The notes under the pieces are model-generated. The model ran no database searches and was not told where the DNA came from. It saw only the letters and a list, made by a program, of their open reading frames with translations. A program made the position numbers and the translations under genes. Positions 26,601-37,800 of a stretch of 64,000 bases of DNA are shown in pieces (the first letter of the stretch is position 1; every line of letters starts with the position of its first letter). This DNA comes from Octopus sinensis (Eukaryota), in contig NC_043013.1 in the NCBI RefSeq assembly GCF_006345805.1, positions 17,360,001-17,424,000 on the forward strand, given 5' to 3'.

Positions 26601-28129
26601 TGTCAAACCATCCAACCTATACCAGTTTAGATGATGATGATGAATCGCTCAAAAATCAATGGAAATTGTAGTTGTGATACCAGTGCCGGTGGCACATAAA
26701 AGTACCATCCAAACGTGGCTGTTGCCAGCACCGCCCCGACTGGCCTCCATACCGGTGGCACGTAAAAAGCACCAACCGATCGTGGCCGTTGCCAGCCTCG
26801 CCTGGCACCTGTAAAAAGCACCCATTACACTCACGGAGTGGTTGGTGTTAGGAAGGGCATCCAGCTGTAGAAACACTGCCAGATCAGACTGGGCCTGGTG
26901 TAGCCTCCTGGCTTCCCAGACCCCAGTTGAACCGTCCAACCATGCTAGCATGGAGAACGGACGTTAAACGATGATGATAATGATGATTAGGGGTGTATTA
27001 TATTGGAGATCATATGGCTGAGATGACTTTGTGTCCTATGTAATGAGTCTATTGCTTAGACTAGATGCACCACTTTATATTACCCAAGAAATACAGAAAA
27101 TAGAATTGGTTGAATTCTGTGAAGACAATGGATGAGAAGCAATAAACCTTCCTGTAGATATATAGGTCTTAGAGGATTTGCTGGAACCCAGATTCACTTG
27201 ATGCTCAACAGTCTTGAACTTGTTGTGAAGGAGAGAAAAAATGTTGCCAAAAAATTGTCAAAAGCTTCTGAGGAAGCAAGCCATTATATCTTCTAGCTCA
27301 AGAGAGGATGAGTTGTGCACAAGAGCAAGCATTGAGGATGATAGAAACATCTGACCCAAAGTCACATTTGACTCAACAAAGCCTATGTTGTGTGGGAGTC
27401 TTGTTGGCAAGTGACTCCAAGCAGCTCTGGTGTCATGGTGGATCTGCTTCACCTCCTGATGACACATCAACTCCTGCATTTAAACAAACAGAATACAGCA
27501 GCACCCTCAGCTCACAAATGTTTATAATCCATAATGGTTTTAGATTTATTAGAAATTGTAAGGCGTTATGCAAGCACTCAACAATGAGTCCACTGCATCT
27601 TATAGCAGAAACAACTGTAAGCCAATGAAGTTCATAAAATAATCATTTATTCCCTTGTATCTCATTTTCTTACTATCACTCTGTACTCAACTAATGCTTC
27701 ATTCTGAAGCATAAATATATTGAGTTCTACACCAAGTTATGTAGAACTTGCCAAAGCAAAATATATGTATGTAAATACATTAACATATCTAAAGCCATTT
27801 TGGATCATAAACACTAAAGTATTAAGCTTCCAGAAAAGAATTGTGTAGCTGTTTACTAGATTGTTTTTTGTTTTGTTTTTCTCTTCAGATACTTTCCAGA
27901 CTCCTTTGATTTACATCTTTACAATACTCTGTACAATGGTTGGCAGGTTTGGCATGAGTGGATCCTACAGTATATTATATCTTCTCTTTACAGAACTTTT
28001 CCCAACAGCTATCAGGTATTTATCTTCCAGCTCCTAACATCTCTCTTTCTCTCTCCTCCTCCTCATCCTTACCTCTGTTTTATTCATTGTGGCATTAACA
28101 ACTGGTTCATTGAATCTTGAGTCACTCCC

Positions 28130-28161
<32 letters not shown>

Positions 28162-28525
28162 CATGTGTATGTATGTATGTATGTATATGTATGTATGTAT
28201 ATATGTATGTATATGTATGTATGTATATATGTATGTATGTATGTATATATATGTGTATGTATGTATGTGTATGTATGTGTATATATATGTATGTGTATGT
28301 ATGTGTATATATATGTATGTGTATGTATGTATATATATATGTATGTGTATGTATGTATGTATATATATATGTATGTATGTATGTATATATATATGTATGT
28401 GTATGTATGTATATATATATGTATGTGTATGTATGTATGTATATATATATGTATGTGTATGTATGTATGTGTATGTATGTATGTGTATGTATGTATGTAT
28501 GTATGTATGTATATATATGTATGTG

Positions 28526-28570
<45 letters not shown>

Positions 28571-30845
28571 GTGTATATGTATGTATATATGTGTGTATGT
28601 ATGTATGTATATATGTGTGTGTGTGTGTGTATGTATGTGTATATATATGTGTATATATATATATGTGTGTGTGTGTGTGTATGTATGTGTATATATATGT
28701 GTATATATATATATATGTGTGTGTGTGTGTATGTATGTGTATATATATGTGTATATATATATATGTGTGTGTGTGTATGTATGTGTGTATATATATATGT
28801 GTATATATATATATATGTGTGTGTGTATATATGTGTGTATATATATATGTGTATATATATATATATGTGTGTGTGTATATATATATGTGTATATATATAT
28901 ATATGTGTGTGTGTATATATATATGTACGTAGAGATGTAAGCATATATATGTGTGTATATGTATATATGCGTATATATTAGTAACTGAGGGCCTATCAAT
29001 ATCAAGAGGTAATACTTATCCCCACTTAAATGTGGATTCATCTTTAAGTGGGGATAAGTGTTACCTTTCGATATATTTATGTTTGAACATGTATATGAAA
29101 AATGACAGTTGAGCTAAAAGTTTGTGTATACTGTAACTTGTTAAGCGAACCAATGAAAGAGGAACGTGTGTGTGTGTCTCTATTTTGTATATCTCAACAA
29201 AAGTAAAATTACACCTTTTATTATTGTTGTCTTTTACAGAAACCAAGCAATGGGTTTTGCTTCATTTTTTGAAAACCTTGGCGGAATTTTTGCACCAATT
29301 ATACTTTTGACAGTAAGTAGACAAACTCAATCCCTCTCATTCGTTCATATCTGTTGAGATCCTCATCATCATCGTTTAACGTCCGTTTTCCATGCTAGCA
29401 TGGGTTGGACGGTTCGACTGGGGTCTGGGAAGCCAGGAGGCTGCACCAGACTCCAGTCTGATCTGGCAGAGTTTCTACAGCTGGATGCCTTTCCTAATGC
29501 CAACCAGTCCGTGAGTGTAGTGGGTGCTTTTTACGTGCCACCGGCACAGAAGCCACTCAATGAGAGGAGACAGAGTACAGTGGCTGATTCTAGAGAAGCA
29601 TGTAGCACACAAGGTCTATATGCAGCCTCAAAATGGATACATTGTTTCAAGACCAATAGTCTTGTGAAGCAAGACAAAATTTACAAATTAAAATACTAGC
29701 AGTCCTTAATTACTTAATCTACCAGGGTGCTATCTATTCAGATAGCTGGTCCATCTCCTGGGTCAACATTTAGCAGGCTCTCCTCCTCCCATTCATTCTC
29801 CACGTTCAGCAGCCTTTCATAATGGCATCTCCAAGCCTCTTTCTTTTCAGAATTATCATCATCATCATCGTTTAAAACAAGTGCACCATCATCCATGTGG
29901 ACACATTTCTCTGCTGTGACATCACAATTTTCTCTTACACTATCTTGCAATCTGAAATACTTCAGTTCGTTGGTCCTCGTGTCACTGAACATTGGCAAAC
30001 TTCTTTTTTTCTACTTCTCCCTTGGCTGTGTATACCTGTCACCCAGCCTCCCTTCTGGCTATCTGGTACAGTTCCCTGCTACTCCCACTCTTCCAGACTT
30101 TAGGAAGTTATATATTGAAGGGTCAATTTAAATAATTAGCTCACGAAAGATATTAGTAAATAAATAATTCATAAATAAATAAATAAATGTAAATAATAGT
30201 ACATATTAAGTGTTAATGGTGAATGGCTGAGTGAAAAGATTGAAAGAGGAGAGAATATCTTAGCTTAGCAATGCATAACTGGGCATCCAAGAACAAATTA
30301 AGTTGAGATTGCTTGAAAAACAGGGAGGAATTATGTGGGTAAAGTGTTTTATAGATATGCTACAACTGGAAGTGGACATTATGGAGGATGCTTTCTTCCT
30401 TCCTGGGCCACGTGTATATGTGTTTGTTTGTATGTTTGTACACATGTAATTTTTGGATATCTTAAAGACCATATCTATGTCCAATTTCATACAACACTCA
30501 TTCATATATTATATATTAGTTCTGTTTCCAAAATTGTTAAACCTATTTATGGAAAATCTTGGGGCTTTTTCCTTGTTGGAATCATAATTTTCAAATTTTA
30601 ATGTACTTTTATTTCTCTTTCAGACAAAAAATATACCATTTGTGATATTAATTATTTTTGGAGTGCTGAATGTAATTGGTGCTATTCTAGTCCTGCTGTT
30701 ACCTGAAACCCACCTGAAAGCTCTGCCAGAGTCTGTGGAACAAATTGAAGGATGGTCTGAGAAATCTTTCTGTCAAATCTTTTGCTGTCGGACTGCGAAA
30801 AATGCCACAAGAAAACAGTTCACACATGGAGAAAGAGAGAGGTGA
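16418..30845 (+). CDS. SLC22-family (MFS organic cation/anion transporter-like) gene; join(16418..16708,18087..18317,19729..19925,21594..22070,24339..24473,25093..25175,27889..28015,29240..29312,30624..30845), 611 aa
   Basis: Nine exons with AG/GT boundaries and matching phases (0,0,2,2,2,1,2,0) sum to 1836 nt. SLC22 motifs: WDLVC, four Cys and N-glycosylation sequons in loop 1, ADKFGRK, SEVLPSTHR, LPES..WL, TELFPTAIR, GGIFAP, LLPET. The specific paralog cannot be assigned. Confidence 0.95.
16760..17060 (+). mobile_element. Family A repeat in SLC22 intron 1
   Basis: Family A core plus (GAT)n tail. Confidence 0.85.
17351..17639 (-). mobile_element. Family A repeat in SLC22 intron 1, inverted relative to the 16760 copy
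   Basis: (CAT)n-TTTAACGTCC start; family A core. Confidence 0.85.
18087..18317 (+). CDS. SLC22 coding exon 2 (WDLVCDQ...GAANI)
   Basis: tttcAG|TGG acceptor, ATT|GTGAGT donor; contains the DKFGRK MFS motif. Confidence 0.95.
18535..18760 (-). mobile_element. Near full-length family B SINE in SLC22 intron 2
   Basis: Reverse complement of the 13224 copy. Confidence 0.88.
19729..19925 (+). CDS. SLC22 coding exon 3 (TIALLAY...FLCW)
   Basis: ttccAG acceptor, TG|GTAAG donor; phase 0 to 2. Confidence 0.93.
21594..22070 (+). CDS. SLC22 coding exon 4 (LLPESISWL...FIMFYIS), with a long hydrophilic central loop
   Basis: ctctAG acceptor, TC|GTAAGT donor; phase 2 to 2. Confidence 0.93.
22150..22466 (+). 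mobile_element. Family A repeat in SLC22 intron 4
   Basis: Three GGCACGTAAAA units, core and GAT tail. Confidence 0.85.
24339..24473 (+). CDS. SLC22 coding exon 5 (TVNSLSYFG...LISNK)
   Basis: ttccAG acceptor, AA|GTAAGT donor; not present in the ORF track. Confidence 0.92.
24501..25041. mobile_element. Cluster of three piggyBac-like TTAA MITEs (24501-24710, 24715-~24800, 24821-25041); a related end lies at ~15400-15551
   Basis: TTAA-CCCTTT starts at 24497, 24711 and 24817; CTAAAGGG-TTAA end at 25034-25045; AAAAGGG-TTAA at 15541-15551. Confidence 0.75.
25093..25175 (+). CDS. SLC22 coding exon 6 (LGCRYPM...LITY)
   Basis: ccacAG acceptor, T|GTAAGT donor; phase 2 to 1. Confidence 0.9.
25586..26110 (-). 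mobile_element. Family A repeat with an internal 77 bp duplication
   Basis: Family core; 25874-25950 is repeated at 26033-26109. Confidence 0.85.
26651..26988 (+). mobile_element. Family A repeat in SLC22 intron 6
   Basis: Family core plus GAT tail. Confidence 0.85.
26990..27490 (+). mobile_element. Degenerate 3' end of an RLE-type (HERO/NeSL/R2-group) non-LTR retrotransposon
   Basis: Broken frames read ELVEFCEDNG*EAINLPVD(I)GLRGFAG...KLSKASEEASHYIF*LKRG, matching the GW..PVEVG.RGF...AE.AS..LW.KR pattern of the RLE domain. Confidence 0.6.
27889..28015 (+). CDS. SLC22 coding exon 7 (TFQTPL...TELFPTAIR)
   Basis: cttcAG acceptor, AG|GTATTT donor; contains the ELFPT motif. Confidence 0.93.
28130..28978. 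repeat. Compound (TA)/(TG)/(TATG) microsatellite in SLC22 intron 7
   Basis: Nearly pure alternating purine-pyrimidine; ~50 bp higher-order units at 28610-28920. Confidence 0.95.
29240..29312 (+). CDS. SLC22 coding exon 8 (NQAMGFASFFENLGGIFAPIILLT)
   Basis: ttacAG acceptor, ACA|GTAAGT donor; encodes TM11. Confidence 0.93.
29363..29550 (-). mobile_element. Family A repeat in SLC22 intron 8
   Basis: (CAT)n start; family core. Confidence 0.85.
29735..30110 (-). mobile_element. RTE-clade LINE ORF2 fragment (linker between endonuclease and RT)
   Basis: SRELYQIARREA...EKKKFANV...EKCVHMDDGALVLN...KKEAWRCHYERLLNVENEW. Confidence 0.8.
30624..30845 (+). CDS. SLC22 terminal coding exon 9 (TKNIPF...LLPETHLKALPES...ERER*)
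   Basis: tttcAG acceptor; contains the LPET motif; TGA at 30843-45. Confidence 0.93.
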   Translation, partial: TKNIPFVILIIFGVLNVIGAILVLLLPETHLKALPESVEQIEGWSEKSFCQIFCCRTAKNATRKQFTHGERER

Positions 30846-32083
30846 AGGAAAGTTAGGCGGCCTTATTGGGATTATGTTTCTGGTATTAATAAACTGATTT
30901 ATAGAGGGGAGGGGGACATGCCTATATTCTTTTTATTGCACATTTGTCATTTTTGTCACTATCATCACCATTATCATCATCATCATTGTTTTACTCTAGA
31001 AGAGATCGATCTCCACTAAACTCAATGAAAAAAATAAACTCCTTGAAGTTTTTATTTATTTATCCATCTTGATTGTCTTTGCCTTTTGTTCTTCCAGGTT
31101 AGGGTTGACAGTCTCAGTTTAATTGTCTCTGCTCTCTCTCAAAGTTTGTGTCCTTGTGCTAATATTAGAAATTAATATTAGTTGGGTTTAAGGCAGTGAG
31201 ATGGCAGAATGGTTAGCATGCCCAGAAAAATGCTTAGCAGCATTTCATCCATCTTTACGATCTGAGTTCAAATGCCACTGTGATCAACTTTGCCTTTCCC
31301 CCTTTTGAGATTGATAAAATAAGTACCAGTTGAGCACTGGAGTCGATTTAATTGAGTCAAGTCCTACTCCCGAAATTGCTGGCTTTGTGCCAGAATTTGA
31401 AACCAATGTTAGTTGGGTTTTACCCATGCTGACATAGGTTGAACAAGAATTCACACAATTAATTGAAACACAATTTATCAAAAACAGCCTCCAGAAAAAA
31501 TTCAGTTGATTGAAATAATAGTTGCTCAAGTCAGCACTTTTTATGTTTGTAGATACAAGGCCTGTGGTGTATAGTGACATCTCAGACAAAGACACAGGCT
31601 GTGGAGTGGACTGGCAATAGAAATGTCTAGCAACAGTGTTTAGATAACACTAAAATCCATTTAACTGATCAAAGATCAGGAGTCAACTACACTCTTTTGC
31701 TCTACGACCATAGGGCTGTATTTAAGTGAATACATGGTGACATTTATCTGGCCAGTCTTGAAGCTACAATCAGTGTTACAACTGATAATGTGACTGGAAT
31801 GCCAACTTCCAGAACTTGCTTGTTCTTGCCCCCCCCCCCTTTTTTTTGTTCAGCACTTCAGAACAGAAAGCTTTTACATAGCATTCGCTACCTAAAATGA
31901 GAAAACTTGCATGTCTTTCCTGCACTGGCAGTCTTATTTACCCTTGGCTTAATGCTCACAAGAAGGCACAGCTCCAGAATAGTCTTGTATACATTTTTTG
32001 CTCAATGATGTTTTGTTTGTGTGCAGGTGTTAATTTAGTTTCCACCAAGTACTCAGAATCATTTGATAAAAATTATTTTTCTC

Positions 32084-32396
32084 TGACCTGATCTGAGATC
32101 GTGTGCTGGAACGAAAACAATTGCAGCATGGAAGGTGTTTATAAGCCATTTAAGAAATACACAAAAACCGTTAGATTCACTTTAACATTTAAATTTAATT
32201 TGTCAAAATATTTTCGTTGCTTTGAGACCGCAGTCTGTTCACTGACAAAACTTCGTGCTGCATCTTTTGTCAGTGAACAGGTCGCGGTCTCATGGCGACG
32301 AAAATATTTTGACAAATTAAATTTAAAAGTTGAAGTGAATCTAACGGTTTTTGTGTGTTTCTTAAATGGTTTATAAACACCTTCCATACTACAATT
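32084..32396. mobile_element. Foldback (MITE-like) palindrome, copy 2
   Basis: Same family as 9040; loop at 32251-32264. Confidence 0.85.
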
Positions 32397-33166
32397 AATT
32401 TTATATTGCACAAACTCTCAGTGTAAGGAATTTGGCATTTGATATATTATAACTTCTTTTATTCCAGAAGCAGCATTTTTAGATGGGGGGTATGCAAGAG
32501 TCTGCTTGAAAGGGAGAATTGGAGATTTACAAAGCCAAGGCACTCACAACATCCAAAAGACATTTGTTACAACATATATAAAGCATCACACATCTTGTAC
32601 AAGGATACATATGGGCTCTCTGGTTGGTCCCTAATTGTTTTACACTTGAACATCAAATTACATAAATCCAAGTTATCACAAATGGTATCCAAAATGGGAA
32701 ACTAGAATGAATCACATATATTCCCTCTAGATTTACATCTACATGCCTCACAACATCACTGTCATAGAAACTAGTCATCCATCATAATGAAGAACCACAT
32801 TTACAAGAAAAACTTTCAAAAATTTCCACAGAAATCATCACATTAATATCTTCCATCTTTATCACAATTAAAATCACAGTCAAATTAACAAATGAAAATC
32901 TTTAAGAACAAACATACTTCATGAACACAACAAAATATTAAACATACTTCCTCTAGACATGAACTTTACCGAACGCACACTACCCACGTTAGGCCAGGCA
33001 TGAATCAAATGTATTTAACTAAAAACCAGCCAATCATCACTTATACTTATATTACATAACTCTGAACATATATTCTGTACTTTTCCCTCTCTGGAGCACC
33101 CTGTCACCAGCTCAACACCATACACCTCTTTTGTTGCATACATACATACACTACTAGATATATGTT

Positions 33167-33380
33167 TCTTTACTACCCACAAGGGGACAAACAAGGACAG
33201 ACAAACGGATTAAGTTGATTTCATCGACCCCCAGTGTGTAACTGGTACTTAATTTATCGACCCCAAAAGGATGAAAGGCAAAGTCAACCTTGGCGGAATT
33301 TGAACCCAGAACGTAATGGCAGACAAAATACTGCTAAGCATTTCGCCCGGCGAGCTAACGTTTCTGCCAGCTCGCCGCCT
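33167..33380 (-). mobile_element. Family B SINE. Further diverged copies lie at about 997-1175, 5680-5817, 20745-20950, 21150-21345, 21375-21530, 23080-23265, 26380-26500(+), 31190-31410(+), 33760-34500, 35270-35450, 37850-38050, 41645-42380, 43095-43790 and 46460-46660(+).
   Basis: All share GGATGAAAGGCAAAGTYGACCTYGG...ATTTGAACTCAGAA or its reverse complement. Confidence 0.85.
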
Positions 33381-34509
33381 TCCAATAGGAGCACACAGCC
33401 AAGTTTTCCAACAGATGGGACCAGGTCTGGGAAGGGAATAGGAGGAACATTTAAGAGGAGGTTAACAACAGCTGTTATTTTTTTTTGTCTCAATACGTTT
33501 CTGAGTCGCTACTTGCTTTTACCATCAATTAATTCCTTGTTTTGTCCCTCGGTGAATCAAAATCCATGTGAAGATTTTCTTTACACGTCTAAAGCCATAA
33601 GATGTATAACTAAGTGTTTGAGTGTGCGTGTTTAGATGGGTACAGGGGGGAGGGGGGCAAGTTATGTAGAATGAAATGTCTTGTCTAAAAATAAGGACCA
33701 AAAATATAGAAATAACAGAAACCCAGTGACGTGGTAACAATTCGACATTGAGAGGAGCTGGTTGATTACATTGACCCCGTTGTTCAACTGGTCCTTATTT
33801 CATTAACTCTGAAAGGATGAATGGCAAAGTTGACCTCAATGGAATCTGAATTTGAGAGTAAAAAGCTGGAAGAAATGCCACCAAGCATTTTGTCTGGGTG
33901 CTGGCATAATGAATCATAGCACGAGAGATGTCATTTATTATTATTTTATATAAAAAAGAATGAAAATCATAATGTTTCAGATTTTGGCACAAAGCCAGCA
34001 ATTTTAAGAGTTGCTGCTAATCAATTACACCAATTCCTAGACAGGTACTTTGTTACATCAAACCCCAGAGGAATGAAAGACAAAACTGATCTCAGTGGGA
34101 TTTGAACACAGAATATAAATAGCTGGAACAAATACCGCAAAGCATTCTTACCAACACATTGCCAGTTCACTACCTTTAATAGTTACTGATTTAAGTAATA
34201 GGTCAGCAATTTTTGAGAGTGGGATTTAGTCTATACTGTTGGTTCCAGGACTTGATTGGTAGTGGGATTTGAAATCAGAATGTAAAAGATCATAAGTAAA
34301 CATCACTAGGAATTTTGTGTGATGTTTTACAATTTCTCTTAAACCTATGTTCTCAATAATGATAATCCTTTCTACTAAAAGCACAAGGGCTGTAATTTTG
34401 GGAGAGTGGCTAGTTGATTATAAATCGACCTCAGTACTCAACTGGTACTTATTTTATCAACCCTGAAAGGATAAACGGCAAAGTCAACCTCAGCGGAATA
34501 ATAATAATA

Positions 34510-35250
34510 AATGCCCTGACTCTGTACCAGGCAGTGGCTTTCATGGTTTCTCATCTTAAAAGATTGGAAGTGTTACCATGTACATTGTTTTGTCTTGGTA
34601 TAAAAATATGGGTTACCGCAAATATTCTGTTCAATACCACAAATTTACTTGTCCGTTGTTTGACCAGTTGAGTATGTCCCTTAGTGGCTGATGATACGTG
34701 CACCTCTGATCATGAGCAGAAGTAGTGGGGGAGCATCACAGCTGTGTTGAGAGGAATTCTTTGGGGTTTGGATAATTCACCTCTGGAAACATGGGTATTT
34801 CGTTTGTTGTTCAATGCTTGAAATGAGGAGTAGATAAATAGCCGACAACTGATGAAGGGTCGTTCTTTGTGTTACTTGTTCTGTTTTCCATTTATTTCGT
34901 TGTTTGCGTATTGAACTCATTTGTTTCATATTTCATGTCGTTTACTGTTGGTGTACCCATATATGCATACATATATATATATATCCTTAAACAACCCTTA
35001 TTCAGGGACCTTTTGAGTGGGATGGGCTACTTGACCTGAAGAAAATTCTAACTAGGCCCCACCTGCAAGGTCATGTGCTGTTAATCTTGATATGAGATCA
35101 CCATGTTCCGCACATATGGTTGTGATGCATGTGCCTGGTGTACCCTTACCAGACAGGTAGTCATGATAGGTTTACTGGGCTTCGTATATTTTACCCCAGT
35201 GTCACTTTGATGGCATGCACTTCTCTCTCACTCAATAATAATAATATAAT
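34510..35250 (+). mobile_element. Retroposon 3' region with an (AAT)n/(TAG)n tail, interrupted at ~34801-34983; a second copy lies at ~44033-44370
   Basis: Shared GTGTTGAGAGGAAT...GATAATTCACCTCTGGAAAC...GATGGCATGCAC. Confidence 0.7.
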
Positions 35251-36879
35251 AAATAATAATGGTTTATGATTTAGGCAGCAATTTTGAGGGAAAAGAATCA
35301 GTTAATACTATTAATTTATCACTTAACTGGTACTCTATTTTACCAACCTTGGAGGGATGAAAGGCAAAGTTAACTCTGCAGGAACTGAACTCAGAACATA
35401 AACAAGGTATTTTGATCAATACTAATGATTCTGCCAGCTTGTTGCTTTTTTTTAATATATATATTTATATAATAATAATAGTAATAATAATAAAATTCAA
35501 ATTTGGACTGTTGGGTCGATACTGAAGGCTTTTGACTGTTGTGTTAAAGGGGCAATTTAGAATGCGCACTCACTGTACTAGAAACCTGTTGTTTGTTGTG
35601 TAGGGCATTTCTGCAAGTCCTGGTACTTAACCAAGTTGACCATTGTCTTTTGGAGAAGACAGATAATGTGGAATAGAAAAAAACAAAACACAAGTAATTT
35701 GGACTGTTCAAAGATAATGTACAGTATGGGCTTTAAGAAAAAATGATATTAAAAAATAAAATGACAGCAAAAAATAATAAACAAATAAACAGTAACACAA
35801 AGAAATGAATGTTTTGAAAATATAACAATATTAGCTGTTGTTTAAACCCCAAAAATTAGATAAAATTTATGCAAAAGAAATGGACCCAAAATTGTTTTCA
35901 ATAATAACCAACAACATTTAATATATTACAATTATATTGGTAAAAAAAAGAGACCTCGTTTTTGGATAGAAATTTTTTTGTATATATATATATTTATATA
36001 TATATACACACACATACATACACAATCTTTTTTTCCTTTTCCAAAGAAATAGAATGTTTTCCATTTTAAAAACATTTTGTAATTAGCATTTCAACAATGT
36101 GTTATTATCATTTATTATTATTATAATTATTGAATTACACAGTAATGTTGCCAACAACTGTGTGATTCACACAGTAGCACATTTAATGTCAGTTAAATTC
36201 TTCCCCACCAAGACACTGCTTCATTGCAACTGGACCATGCAGAGTAAATAAGAGAAAAACGATGAGGTGTTGACCATTGCATACAAGTGATATGTTTCAA
36301 CAAGATATGTAATGTATAATAGTGAATAAAAAAAAAATCATATAAAAAAAAAAGAAATATCAAAAGGATAATAGTCATTGAGACTGATAAAAATTTTCTT
36401 TTTAAAAACTGTGTAAGCCTTGAAAATTTCTTTGATGGTTTTTGGTTTGTCAAGACCAGAATAGATGTCATTATTAATTAAAGAATATTTTTAAAAGAAT
36501 ATATTTCATAAAATTAAAATAATTTAAATTTAGAAAAATAAGCTTTCCTCATTGTCTTTTGCATGGTTAATATTGTTCTTGTTTGCCCTGAAAGGCTGCC
36601 TGCAATGGAGCTCCAGAGAAGAATCAGATTTACCATGATCACTTTGATGGCAAGGAAGATTTATTTTTTCATCATTTCTGTCAGTTAAGGACATTAGAAA
36701 ATTTGAATATCTACCCCATTACCTTGGAATTTAAAAAAAAAAAAGCATTCATCTTTGGACATTTTTTTTCTTTTTAATAATTCTTTGCAAACATTGCTCA
36801 GTAGTGATTCATGATGGTTAGCTCTGTGGGTGTGGGTAAAGTTGCAAGCTACAAAAGTTGTAGCAATGAATATGCTCAA

Positions 36880-37800
36880 TAACATTTAACAGATTATATG
36901 AAAAAAAAAGATAACAGAAAAAATGATGACACTTTAAAAAATAAGGACAATTGTAGGCAAGGACATTGGCACCTAAACAAATACAAATAAAAAAAAAGAG
37001 CAACAAAAGCAGAAATTTTAGGAACAAAGGCAACAACAGCTGTACAGTTTTTGCTAGCATTGCAAGCCAGAGAGAATAGCTGAACACAGAGCAGCTTCAA
37101 GGAAAGAAAAAACATGGTAGAGGTATGTCACAAAAGACAGTGCCTCTTTACCAGAAAAATCACAGAAAGAGCAAGGAAGAAGAATAATTCTCAAAAAATG
37201 GAGAGGGCTTCTGTACAGCCTCAAGGAAAAAGTAAATGGAAACCTCATCTGATGTGAGTTCCATCAACCAAGGAAAGGTATATGAAAGTGATTGCTTGGT
37301 ATTTAAGACCAAAAACACGGCAAGAAATCAGGTAGAGCTGATGCCCCATTCACCTGCCTGCAGGCTGGTTCTGCAATATATAAAGATGCTCATGGACAGA
37401 GTCATTGGTATGGATGTTCATCCCTGGCTTATTGTTACTTATATGGCACAATATAGGCAGTTAATGAACATGAAGGTTATACACAATAACATGTGGTTGG
37501 GTGGTGCATACATCAATATGCAGGTTTTGATGACCCTTAAAGATCACAAAGCTATCTTGGAATTATACTCGTTTGTGAGGGCAGAAATAAATTTAATGAA
37601 AATGATGGTAGTACTGGGAAAAAAGCATAGTTGCTACACATGTGGTAGTTAGAGTCACCTGAGAGTTTTCTTTTCTGATTTAGAAAAAAAATTGCAAAGG
37701 AGGAAAGTGGGCAATGGACAGCAATAGAGATAACAACAACTGGCCCCCAGGGGCGAGACCTTTAGCTACCACCCACACTGCACCACCAGTCACAACTTCA
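36880..37800 (+). mobile_element. LINE ORF1 (gag-like) remnant with a decayed CCHC zinc knuckle
   Basis: ...VVLGKKHSCYTCGS*SHLR; no splice signals; in-frame stops. Confidence 0.55.

Noticed and set aside
28034-29041. 271-335 aa ORFs on both strands
   Set aside because: They are translations of the intronic microsatellite.
32440-33120. Possible Penelope GIY-YIG remnant
   Set aside because: Motif resemblance is too weak to support without a database search.
36190-36700. Possible exons of a third gene
   Set aside because: No recognisable protein motif and no consistent splice-site pairs.
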